From the NCBI GenBank assembly GCA_023920165.1, contig CP089281.1, positions 806,001 to 870,000 of the forward strand: a stretch of 64,000 bases of DNA. Direction: 5' to 3'. A program made the position numbers and the translations under genes. This document shows, piece by piece, positions 52,959 through 63,999 of the stretch. The notes beneath the pieces are model-generated. The model saw only the letters and a program-made list of their open reading frames with translations, ran no database searches and was not told the DNA's origin. This stretch comes from Curvularia clavata. Taxonomy: Eukaryota. Position 1 is the first letter of the stretch. Every line of letters begins with the position of its first letter.

Positions 52959-53159
52959 CGATGACATATCGTTATTGGTAGCTCTTCAGTCAGACAAAAC
53001 TAGCTCTATGGGATACCTACCGCGCCTAGATCTCGGTCTAAGGCTGCATGAGTCTTTTGGAGATAGTATAAATTTCGATGTTAGCTTGAGCATGCTAAGG
53101 GAAGCCAGTTGCGAAGGTCCGTGCCATTTCGATGACATATCGATTTCGGTGACATATCG
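52959..53159. promoter_or_regulatory. Three copies of CG(A/G)TGACATATCG upstream of the heavy-metal ATPase
   Basis: Copies at 52959-52971, 53130-53142 and 53147-53159. Confidence 0.55.
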
Positions 53160-53496
53160 CTTCAAAGACATCGCTTTCACCAAGCTACTGCGGGGTAGAG
53201 ACTCTTGGCAGAACCACAGTCCCGATAAGACGAAGTAAGAGGTGTTACATGAAACCTTCGGATATCTCGATAGTAGCTTGGCAAAAGAGCATGACATCAG
53301 GCTCACTATGTTTCTATGATGTTATAACAGCGATGAACTGTGCATACGTAACTTTGAGTGAAGGGATAAAGTAGGCAATGGCTCTAATAGCCGAACAGTA
53401 AGAACGACGAGATCCGCTCGATAGCAAGCAGAGTCGATGCGTATCAGAGGACGTGTCTACAAAGTGGAGAAGGACATTATCGCACTCTAAGACGAA

Positions 53497-55152
53497 CTAC
53501 ATAACTAGACTATTGAGGCGAAGGACTACCTTCTCGATATAGCGAGCTCCGACAAGAATTCCATTCTCGTCTTCGAACGCTTTCTCATCTCCAAAATCAA
53601 CATTGCCTGGATCCAAGCAAGTCAAACAAGTTTCCACGATCTCCGCATACCTATCGCCCATGCTCCCTGGGAGACGGCATCGAACAAGAGATATGAAACA
53701 ATCTTTTATCTGGTCTCCGGAATGTGGCAATACGGATTCTTTGCGTTCCAAAGATGGCCCCGAAAGTAGTTGCGAAAGTGTGCGTGCCCCAGTAACGCGA
53801 TTATAGTCTACTAAACTCCTCCAAAGACCAACTTCTAATAAGCAAACACCCAAACTGTATATGTCGTGGCGCATCTCGTAGTCGTCACGAGGGTTGAAAC
53901 CTTGGCGCGATGGATGTCTATACAAGTTCTTGTCAGGCATATCATCACCTCGTCGCTGCGTCCAGCCTTCGTCTCGTCGGAAGTTTTCGAAGCCAACCAA
54001 TGCGGCTCTGCTTTGTCGATTGTCGCGATTGAAGATAATGATTGATTCCGGACGTATGTTCTTGTGTACAAAGCCGAAGGTATGCACATAGCTAACAGAT
54101 TTGGCTAAATCTCGTGCGATTTCAAGTCGTCGAGTGATGGATGTGGATGCTGGCGTGTGAAGTAAAATGTCTCGCAAACTCTTCAAATCATGCGAAGCTG
54201 GAGGATTTCGGAACACCAGCGTTATGGATAGATTTTGAATAAGTCCTGCTGAGACTAGTTCCGCTACGAAACCTTTGCACTTCAGCAAGCCAAAAGTATT
54301 CGGGTCATCAGCTTGTAGCTTTTGCACCAAGTCGCGAACATTTCGTTTGAGTATTTGTGGCTTCGCACCAGGTTCGCACTGTATGTGGTTCAGGATGTAC
54401 CTGCTTACTGATCCATTTGAGTGTGTCCTGGTTGCCACCGCGATGCCTTCGCAGAAGGGAATTGCTTGGGTGGTCATACTCCTCAAATCGCTAGAGCTTA
54501 GAGTAACGTGTTCAGCTGTTGAAACCCCATGATTTGAATCAGCTGTGTGCTGCAAGCCAGCGCGTATGGTTTTCATTGTCTTCATAACCGTGCCAGATCT
54601 AGGTTCGTTGCTGCTGCCGCATATAGCTAATGCTTGGTCCACTTGGCTATTAGCGATTCTCAGAAGAAGGAACCAAGACTGGTCAGCTACTCCTTGCCAC
54701 TTTTCGAGATCCTCGATGGCTTCATCTAGGCTGCTTTTCTTTCCTGCATATTTCCATCGACGGACCTTGTACGTGGATAATGATGTTTGTTCTTCGCTTC
54801 CCGGCTGCGGTTTTACAAGATCCCTCAACAGCGACACAACGATGCCCAATTTGTTTTGAAGAATGTCCAAAGTCTGACTGTACACCTCTCTTTGCTCATC
54901 CTCCATTACTGGATAGGTGCGTTGGAAGAAATTCAGCTGGGATAGGAATCGTATCCAGTTATTGTCGAGCCGCACACAACGCTCAGAAACTTCAGTATTG
55001 GCATGTTTCAGGGTAGAGCATAAATCTCTTCCCTCCTTGATATACCTTTCTTCGCGTTAGCAATATCGAGACGAGCTCCGGCTCTTTTGCACAACTTACT
55101 TGAGGCAGAGATCTATGGTTGGGGGAACCGCTAGCAGAAGTTCTGCGGACAT
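53497..55152 (-). CDS. HeLo-like helical domain + pseudokinase (MLKL-like architecture), ~533 aa
   Basis: Exon 1 55152-55100, intron 55046-55099 (GTAAGT..GCTAAC..AAG), exon 2 55045-53497. N-terminus MSAELLLAVPPTIDLCLKY...RLDNNWIRFLSQLNF. Kinase-like C-lobe VHKNIRPES, LVGFENF, LYRHP, DIYSLGVCLLEVGLW. Confidence 0.82.
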
Positions 55153-55671
55153 GTCGAGCGGCTACCAAATTCAAGTTTTGAGGATTTATTTTTATGAGAA
55201 GGGGTCAAAATAATCGAGAAGACGAGACAAACAACTTCAGTCGGATGATAATGAGCAGCGGCTAGACTAATTAATGAGGTCTACGTGGAGGCACTGCACT
55301 CCATGAGGCAAAAACTAACACTAGAACTCGCCGTGCCAGTTGCCTTGCATAATACGCGACAACGCGTATGACAAGGCTGAGTTGATTTGTCACATTTAGG
55401 GCTATACATGTGGCTTCCAGCCTCTGGTCCGATTCGTTGTCTTAGAAGCCGAAACGGTCATAGTAGCTCAGCCTCGTGCGCTCCGCCCCAATAATGGGGT
55501 GGGTGGATTGGATTCCTGAAACCCCACTTATATACACTGCCGCCTAACAATCTCACCTTACGTACCATTACTTCTACTCTTGATCAACTTCTTTCGCCTT
55601 ATCCACTGCATCTTAATGTATCTATATGTTGTACAGCCACTGTTCCACGACTTTGGTGCTCATGAGTTCAG
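55153..55671. promoter_or_regulatory. Shared divergent promoter between the pseudokinase and kinase genes
   Basis: The two ATGs point away from each other, 519 bp apart. TATA-like TTATATACA near 55528. Confidence 0.55.
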
Positions 55672-58292
55672 ATGACGCCTTTACGCGAGTTGCCAGAGCT
55701 TGTCCAAGATTCACAACTCCAGGTAACCATTCGCGATAACATCACCATCCACATCGAGCCACTCGAATGTCGAGATGCCTTCGCACCACAAACATGGCAG
55801 TCAAAGAGAGTGGTTGGCCGCGGAGGGGACGGTACTGTGTTCCTTCAGCATAAGATCGAAGGACCCGGCGCACTAGATATGATCGCTGTTAAGCAGATGA
55901 GCCTCAATGCTGATCTTGATTCTGAAGACCACGACAGCAAAAGATACGTGCGCGAGCTTGAGGCTTTAGCGAAGTTTGCGCAAGGAAAAGTGTGTTACAC
56001 GAGAATGCTGTTTGTAAACGTTACTGATATTTCGTGCAGTATTCGCGTTACTTTGTAAGATCATATGGTTGGTACAAAGAGGATGGTTGGCTCTATATAT
56101 GTATGGAGTATTGTAAACATTTGGACCTTGGAAAGCATCTGAGAACCCATGGGCCATTGTCTGAAGAAACTGCCAGGACCATTGCTCTGCAAGTTCTCCA
56201 AGGATTAGTCCAGATGCACAGAAACAAGATCGCCCATAGGGACCTGAAGCCCGCAGTAAGCGTTGTGCAATCCGCGTCCTAGCCAAAACATGGCTGATTA
56301 ACTTCACAGAATATCTTGATACATCGAAAGCTCCCAGAGGATGACGCTTGGTGGGTTGTGCTTGGAGATCTTGGTCTTAGTCGGCGCAGCGGTGCCTCCT
56401 CGGGAACGACCACCATCCGCGGCACTCCAAGTTTTATGGCTCCTGAGACAATTGGAAAACCCTTTTTGGGACACCCGAGTGACGCAGATCCCTTTCTTGC
56501 TGATATGTGGTGTTTAGGGGAGACGATATCATGCGCTATAACGGGACATGGCACGTTTTCCGACAATGAGCAACTCCTTCGGTACCAGAAACACCGTGCA
56601 AGCTTTCCCGATAGCGCTTTGAAAGAATCAGGGGCCAGTTCCGATGCGATTGACTTCATCCGTTCCCTCATGGATGTGAACCCTCAACGGAGACTGACTG
56701 CTCCGCAAGCTCTGAATCACCCTTGGATCAAGACCAATCATACTTCACATACTTATACTATTGGCGCTGCTATTCCAGGCACAATGCATAAAAGTGGGGA
56801 AAAGTCTTCAATAACCCTCAAAAGATCCGAAAAGGATACATTTGATATCGAAGATCAGAAGATCCCAAGGGTCACCCAGACAACACAAGCTTCTGCACAA
56901 TGGACACAGACGTTGCCCATACACTCAAGCAACACCAAAGCTTCTCAAGATTGGGATGCAACTGTTGCATACACCAAACTGAAGGGAAACAGCTCGGCGT
57001 CCCTTGATAGATTGGCAGGTTCTGGAAGTAGCCTAAAACCCACAACCATGCACACGCAAAGTACACCGGCGCTCGGTCAAGCCCTAAGCCTCTCGTCATC
57101 TGAAAAGGCTGAACCGAATCTGGGTCAAGGTGGCCATAAGTTGAAAGAAGTGCCTGAACAACACGCTTCTCAATTGTTCGAACAGGATGTTCTCGATTCA
57201 TTCAAGCGATGGTCAGTGGCCGAAAAGCTACGCATAGTCGAAATGCAAAACAATTTGGGACGTGAGAACATTGAGATAACACTAAGTGATCTTGAAAGAT
57301 TCAATGAAAATTTCAAGCTCGGCACTTCTGTTCCATGGGATCTTCTTCCCATTCTATCCAATGATAAAGAGAAGCAAAAACAGATCGAAGAAAGGCAAAG
57401 ACGAATAGAGACCTCTATCAAACAGGAAGTACCTATGCGTAATTTTGAGGCTGAACCAATGTACTATGGGACTCCAAAGGCGTCACAAGAAGCGCAAGAA
57501 TACGGTGTCCATAGATTGGAGAGAACATCGCCAACCTTGCAAGGGTCACAGCATAAACACGGTCCGACACGTTCATGGGCATCAGTGGCCGATAGCTCTT
57601 CATCACCCCAGGAACAATCGAAATTCCAGTCAGATGTAATTATCGTTTCGGATTCAGAATCAGCGGAGCCAGAAGAGCCAGGAGATTCAGACACGCTTTC
57701 AGATTCGAATGCGACCCTAAGCCTCTCACGACCTCTAGTTTCATATCCCATTCGAGAAATGAAACCAATTGCACCACCGGTTGCTCTGCACAAGGCTAGA
57801 CGCCCTATGGTTAAGTGGGCCGATTTGATAGGGGTAGAAAATTCTCGGTTTGGGAAGAGTGAAGAGAGAAGTTTGAAAGGAAGTAAGGCGGAAGAGGTCA
57901 GGAGAGATGGCAAATCTGGACGACGCAAGGTCCGGTTCGACGAATCAAACATAATGTCGGACAACCCGATAGTGCCGGAAAAGTCGCGGCTTACCGAGGA
58001 TAACATGAGAAGTTTTGAACGAATTCAGGCGAAGAGAGAAAGAGAGGCGGAAAGAAAAAAAGAGGTGGAGAGAGAAAGAGAGGCGAAGAGAGAAAGAGAA
58101 GCGAAGAGAGATAGATATGTGATAGAGGACGAAGTTGATTGGGTTAGGAAGAATTTCGAGAGAATATCGGAGCAAATGAAGGCGGACAAAGGGACAAGAG
58201 ACATGGATGCGGCAAAGGCAAAGTGGGAAAAAGAGGCGGCAGAGCGAAAAAGAGGCACCACCAACACAAGGAGGAAGGCAGTGAAATTCTGA
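55672..58292 (+). CDS. Ser/Thr protein kinase (~838 aa) with a long C-terminal tail containing a Pbp1/ataxin-2-like segment
   Basis: Introns 55990-56039 and 56256-56309. Motifs GRGGDGTV, IAVKQ, RELEAL, HRDLKPAN, DLG, GTPSFMAPE, DMWCLG, RLTAPQALNHPW. Confidence 0.88.
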
Positions 58293-59493
58293 ATTTCTGG
58301 CCTACAAAGTCCGAATCTGGCTCAGGAATGATAATAATATGCTTTTTCTCCATCTGTGGCGTGGTGCTAGAGACGGGGAACTCCTAAAACAACCCGCTTG
58401 CTGGGGAACGCCATCAAGAAATGTGGCTAGTGATTCAACTGCCTTTCCAGACACATGATGTACGGTTGTTTTAATAAATACATGTTGATATTTATCTAAT
58501 TCATGGTTAAATTAGCAAAAACTAGTGACAAGATTCAAGTGAAAGGCCCTACTGGGTGTGTACAGCTATGTCGTTAAGGCTTAAAGAGAGCCTAAGCACT
58601 AATAGTAGATGCAGCATTTGTGCAAAGTACACTAGGCGTAGTCATGTACGGAGACCTGGCACGGTGCCGTTTATGGAGACCTTTCTTCAGCTGCAGCATT
58701 ATTTCCACGAGACAAATGCTGATGTAGATGCGCTCTTCAAGAGTCAGCTCAACCAAAATCACATTGTTCGAGAACTATGACTGCACCTCGGCCGTAATGG
58801 CAGTGACGATGGACTCCTAAGTTTAAATGCACCAAGCGGATAAATCAGCATTCACGGTCTATTCCAACCAAGTAGATGTGCTTGCGAATAAGATCATCGA
58901 TAACGACAGGAGGTAGAGAGGCATGATTTCGTCATGGCGTAAAGATAGGCCATGATGCATCCCTCATGTTTGTTGAATGCTCGTGGGCGGTCGCAGCAGC
59001 CGATATTGCTTCATAAGCAAAGTAACATGTTTCAAAAAATCGCAGGAACTGGTACGGAATAGGCCAGGGAAATTTAAATCATACTCGTAACGCCAGTCGT
59101 GATGAGGTAAATCTGTACCTGTGCCGCTGCAGTAAAGTAGACACGCAGTCGCACATGACCAAACCTGTTCAAAAATTCCATGGTACTTTCAAATTGAAGC
59201 TAAATACTTTCCAAGTGCTGCCCCGTTTGAGAGCATCTTCGGAGTAGGATGGGACTGGAGTAACTGGTATTGACGAGGGGCGTCGGCGGACCGTGCTAGC
59301 GGCGACTGGTCCAAGCGTTCGCCGTGGAGGCCCTCTACATCACCGACAGCCGCAACACTAGACCAAACAACACCGCGGTCCCATCCAACGCCTTTCTTCT
59401 TGAAGACGTGCTTTGTATCCGAAAAGACTGCTTCTTCTGAGAGCAATCAAGTAGAGCAGCACCCGAGAGAATCCACATCACGACCCCGCCACC

Positions 59494-61180
59494 ATGTCTG
59501 CCGGAGAGGTGCTCAAGGCCGACAAGGACTTTACCAAAGAAGTCGATGCGGCGATTCCAGAGGCGGAGAAGCTAGCTGCTGTAGGTCACGCAGCTGTTCC
59601 GCTATGCAGCGAAAGCTAATGCACTTGTTTAGAGCAACCCTCAAGCTGGAATCGATAAGCTACTGGTGCTCGAGAAGCAGACACGCCAGGTAGACACCGA
59701 CGTATCCCGCGCGCACGAACGTGTTCTAATCTATCCCAGGCTTCCGATCTTGCCTCGACCTCCAGAGTCATAATTGCCATCGTCACAATAGCGAAGAATG
59801 CGAAGGATTGGAATTTGATGAATGAGCAGGTCCTGCTCCTCTCCAAGAAGCATGGACAGCTCAAGCAGGCAACTACCAAGATGGTGCAAACTGTCATGGG
59901 ATTCCTGGATGAAACACCAAACCTGGAGACAAAGCTATCGGTTATTGAGACCCTGCGCACTGTCACAGAGGGCAAGGTAAGTGGCCACAATGTTGTCGAC
60001 ATATCAGCTGCTGACACATTATCAGATCTTCGTCGAGGTCGAGCGGGCGAGGGTAACGCGTATACTTTCAAACATCAAGAAGGAGCAGGGCGATATTGAT
60101 GCTGCCACAAACATCCTTTGCGAACTCCAAGTCGAGACATTCGGCTCTATGACTCGACGAGAGAAGACCGAGTTCATCCTACAACAAGTGGCGCTGTGCA
60201 TACAGAAGGGTGATTGGACACAGGCTGGTATCCTTAGCAGGAAGATTAGCACAAGGTACTTTGCACGAAAACCAAAGAAGACGCCGGAGCAGCTCGAGAA
60301 GGAACAAAAGGAGCGCGAGGAGCGTGAGAAGAACCGAAGCGTAGACGATCCTCCCATTGAGCCAGAGGATGATGTGACAGATCTGAAGCTTAAGTACTAC
60401 GAGCAGCAAATCCTTCTGGCGAAGCACGACGACAAGTACCTCGACGTTTGCAAACACTACAGACAGGTTCTGGACACAGAGGCTGTTGAAGAGGACCCCA
60501 ACAAGCTTCGAGCGGTATGCGACACTCCGCTTTGACATTTGAACTGTCACTGACCCCCACAGATTCTTCAACGCGTCATCTACTTCATCATCCTCGCACC
60601 ATACGACAACGAGCAATCTGATCTCATCCACCGTATCCAGCGCGACACTCGCAACTCTCAGATCCCACAAGACGCACAATTAGTGAAGCTCTTCACTGTC
60701 CCTGAGCTCATGAGGTGGCCAATGGTAGCCAAGCAATTTGGACCTCATCTCACCGAGAGTGACGTCTTCGACGCTGAGAAAGGCGACTCAGATGATCCAA
60801 AGGCATTCCAGCGGTGGCAGGACCTACGAAAGCGTGTGATTGAGCACAACGTCCGCGTTGTCGCAAAGTACTACACGCGTATCCAGATCCCACGCCTCAC
60901 TGAGCTGCTAGACTTGACCGAGGACGAGACGGAAAAGAACATCAGCGAGCTGGTATCAGCAAAGACTATCTATGCCAAGATCGATCGTCCCGCTCGCATC
61001 GTCACCTTTTCCAGGCCTAGGGACGCCGACGATGTATTGAATGAGTGGAGTAGTAATATGAAGAGCTTGCTTGGTCTTCTTGAGCGTGTCGACCATCTTA
61101 TCACCAAGGAGGAGATGATGGCACGCATTCAGCCGACCAAGGTAGACAAGAGCAAGGTGGCGAAGGGCAAAGCGAAATAG
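59494..61180 (+). CDS. RPN5: 26S proteasome lid subunit Rpn5 (PSMD12)
   Basis: LEKQTRQASD, LLSKKHGQLKQA, VTEGKIFVEVERAR, LQVETFGSM, PCI domain RVIEHNVRVVAKYYTRI, AKIDRP. Introns 59581-59632, 59690-59739, 59977-60025 and 60515-60562. Confidence 0.96.
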
Positions 61181-61564
61181 AAGTCGCAAGTATCTGCCGA
61201 GCGGTGCCTGCAAAGCGGTTGCCGATATCGAAGAATATTTGTGTAGACTTCGTTATGCTCAGCACTGATGACACATGAAGAAGAGTTATGATTAGTCTAG
61301 ACATTGGTGACCTCTCAAGGTTCTGCGCGAGTCGCGTATGTATAATAGACATTCAATCAAGCTACACGATCCTTGACCGCTTTCATCTTATCATGCTATT
61401 TGGTGCAGCTCGCTTTGAAGCATGACATGGAATGTAAGCCCCACTCCGCTCACTAGCCTATGACGGAGCCGCGGTCTCTCGGGCATGTCGTATCTGCCTG
61501 CCTAACTATAACGTCCCTACATCACACTATTGGACTCTTCCACCAAATTTAAATATCCTACTAC

Positions 61565-62551
61565 ATGCGCTTGCGGCACCTCTTCTCACTCGCAGATCCC
61601 CGCCTCTACACGCCTACCAATTTACGCATTCGCTCTCACTGGCGCACCATGGCCGCCACCGCCCCCACACCCAATCGGCCTATCAAGATACTGATGCTGC
61701 ATGGCTTCACGCAGTCCGGTCCTTTATTCCAAGCCAAGACAGGCGCGCTTCGCAAAACGCTAGCCAAAGCATTTCCCAAAGGCATAGAACTCGTCTACCC
61801 TACAGGCCCCATACGGCTCACCCCAGCCGACAATCCCTTCAGCAACCTAGACAGCAAAGAAGGCGGCGAGGAGAAGCAGGAACTTGACGCATATGGGTGG
61901 TGGCGGCGAAAAACCACAACAGACGGCCCCTACATCTTCGAAGGCTTCGAACAAGGTCTTGCGCACATTGCCAGCGTGCTCAAAGCCCAGGGCCCCTTCG
62001 ACGGCGTAATTGGTTTCTCACAGGGCGCCGCGGCAGCAGCTATCGTTGCGTCGCTGCTCGAACCCAACCGCCGCGCTGCATTTGACGCACAGCATGCTGC
62101 GGGCAAGGGCATAGCGTTCCCCGCCAGCTTCGAAGGCGGTATCCATCCACCGTTCAAGTTCGCGGTTTCGTATAGCGGGTTCGCGGCGATACCGCCGACG
62201 GCGGCAGGAGCGGCGGCAGGCGAGTCGCCATATGGCGCCTTTTACGACCCGAAGATTGCGACGCCGATGCTGCATTTCATAGGCATGCAGGATGTTGTGA
62301 TTGAGGAGGCGCGTAGTCTGGCGCTGGTGGAGAGGTGCGAGCGTAGGGAAGAGCGATACGTCGTATATCATCCTGGAGGCCACTTTTTGCCCAGTACGCA
62401 GAAGGCGAGTGTGAATGCGCTGATTGGGTTTATCAGAGAGATCATTTGGGAACAAGAGGGCGGAAAGGAAAAAGAGGAAGACAGTCTGGATGATATGATG
62501 GGCCATTTTGACAACCCGAGTACAACTCAGGAGGCTAAGCAGCACCTTTGA
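61565..62551 (+). CDS. FSH1/OVCA2-family serine hydrolase
   Basis: ILMLHGFTQSG, GPFDGVIGFSQGAA (nucleophile Ser), D in GMQDVVI, HPGGHFLP. Intronless, with an alternative ATG at 61649. Confidence 0.9.
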   Translation: MRLRHLFSLADPRLYTPTNLRIRSHWRTMAATAPTPNRPIKILMLHGFTQSGPLFQAKTGALRKTLAKAFPKGIELVYPTGPIRLTPADNPFSNLDSKEGGEEKQELDAYGWWRRKTTTDGPYIFEGFEQGLAHIASVLKAQGPFDGVIGFSQGAAAAAIVASLLEPNRRAAFDAQHAAGKGIAFPASFEGGIHPPFKFAVSYSGFAAIPPTAAGAAAGESPYGAFYDPKIATPMLHFIGMQDVVIEEARSLALVERCERREERYVVYHPGGHFLPSTQKASVNALIGFIREIIWEQEGGKEKEEDSLDDMMGHFDNPSTTQEAKQHL

Positions 62552-63228
62552 AAGAGGTGGGTGACGGGAGTTCAACAGGAGGTGCCGCCTGGTGTAGATA
62601 TCATTTGCAGATCATGCATATAGATAAGAGGAAGATGGGCTGTCTAGATTTCGTATATCGGTTAGACGCAGTACTCATAGATCACAACGATACACTATAG
62701 AGCACGAGAACAGTAATGAAGAGTTCAAATGATCATTCTCTTATGCCGACATGACTAGAGTAGTTAAACAAGTAAAAACAGAGACAATTTCTAACCTCCA
62801 TGGGAGTGAATGTGTGGAGAACGCCGTTATACCGGTCCCAATGCAATATCCCTTTCCGTATCCAGTACGCATACTGTTGATACACCCCAAACGCCCAAAA
62901 AGAAACCGCATATCTCGAGTAGGTACCAAAGCATGCACATATACTACTGCTGCCTCTTTCTTTCTTTCTTTAACCGGCTGACCGAAAAGGCTTCCACGGG
63001 CGCCAGCTCTTGCGAGGAGGCTGCAACTCAGACTGGAAACCCTCAGCCGCCATGATAAAGCAGAGAAATACGCAGAAAGCAAAAGCACAACTCTGACATC
63101 CATTCGAGACGCTGCGGAACAAAACAAAAACATCTTTATCAAAATACAACGCCTCCCAATGCGTCCGTGAATGTTTGAAAACACCGCAGGTGACATAGCT
63201 TCGTACCATCAGCACCAAATATCGATAA

Positions 63229-63999
63229 CTAGAACAGACGCAGCTTCCTAGGCGGGCCCAGAGAGCTGTTGAAGAGAGAAGATGTTGGACGCTTCTTGAC
63301 CGTAGAGAAAGCCTGAGGAGCAGGCTTTACCGCAGAAAAGCTGAGTTTCGAGGGGGTGGTCAGGTGGAAGAGTGGTCTGGACGGAGTCTTGATGGCTGAC
63401 TGGCCGAACAAGAAAGTCGACTTCTTGTTAGGAACGGTACGAGGAGCAAGAGGACTCTTGTCGAAGAATGCGCCAACCTCGCAGTTCTCTTTGTCGGCGT
63501 CGAAGGAACGGTCAAACTCAGAGCTGGTAGGAGTGCTGGGTGTCTTGCATTGGGAAGACGGAGGAAGAGCGTACTTGGAAGGCGTCTTGGCAGGTGTAAA
63601 CGGCTTCATGGTGGCAGTAGGGAGAGGGGATGCAGGCCTAGCGACGGAGAGATCAACCAAATAGGAATCTTCATCCATACGCTTCTTGTTCGCCTCGCTG
63701 TCCAAGACCCAACCTACATTGACACACTTGATAGCTCCCTTACTAGCAAAACACTTCTCCAATGTGGACATGCTTCCATCCTTGAACAAGACGTGTGTCA
63801 CGGAAGAATGCGAGATGTCAGTGACGACCTTAGCGCCAAGATCCTCTAGCAGACCGCGGAACAAGAAGTTCTGCTCCTTTCCATTGCGTGTAACATCGAC
63901 ATAAAAGACCATGCCTTGAAGGATGCCGTCGTAAAAATTCAATTCGCTCTCGTCAGCTTGGATATCGGTCCAGGCGACAGACTTCTTCGGGGTCTTTGC
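63229..63999 (-). CDS. 5'-partial BRCT-domain protein
   Basis: Frame is open to the window edge. ILQGMVFYVDV..LEDLGAKV..VTHVLFKDG..CVNVGWVLDS is a BRCT pattern. S/TP-rich tail with DKEN. Confidence 0.8.
   Translation of the reverse strand, partial: AKTPKKSVAWTDIQADESELNFYDGILQGMVFYVDVTRNGKEQNFLFRGLLEDLGAKVVTDISHSSVTHVLFKDGSMSTLEKCFASKGAIKCVNVGWVLDSEANKKRMDEDSYLVDLSVARPASPLPTATMKPFTPAKTPSKYALPPSSQCKTPSTPTSSEFDRSFDADKENCEVGAFFDKSPLAPRTVPNKKSTFLFGQSAIKTPSRPLFHLTTPSKLSFSAVKPAPQAFSTVKKRPTSSLFNSSLGPPRKLRLF

Noticed and set aside
56730..57170. Searched the kinase tail for a RHIM/PP/HRAM amyloid signalling motif (e.g. TYTIG, NLGQGG)
   Set aside because: No convincing IQIG/VQVG core or N/G-rich pseudo-repeat, so amyloid signalling is not supported.
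58030..58120. Purine-rich AGAGA repeats
   Set aside because: They encode the charged (KREREA)-type coil in the kinase tail; not a CRISPR array or mobile-element repeat.
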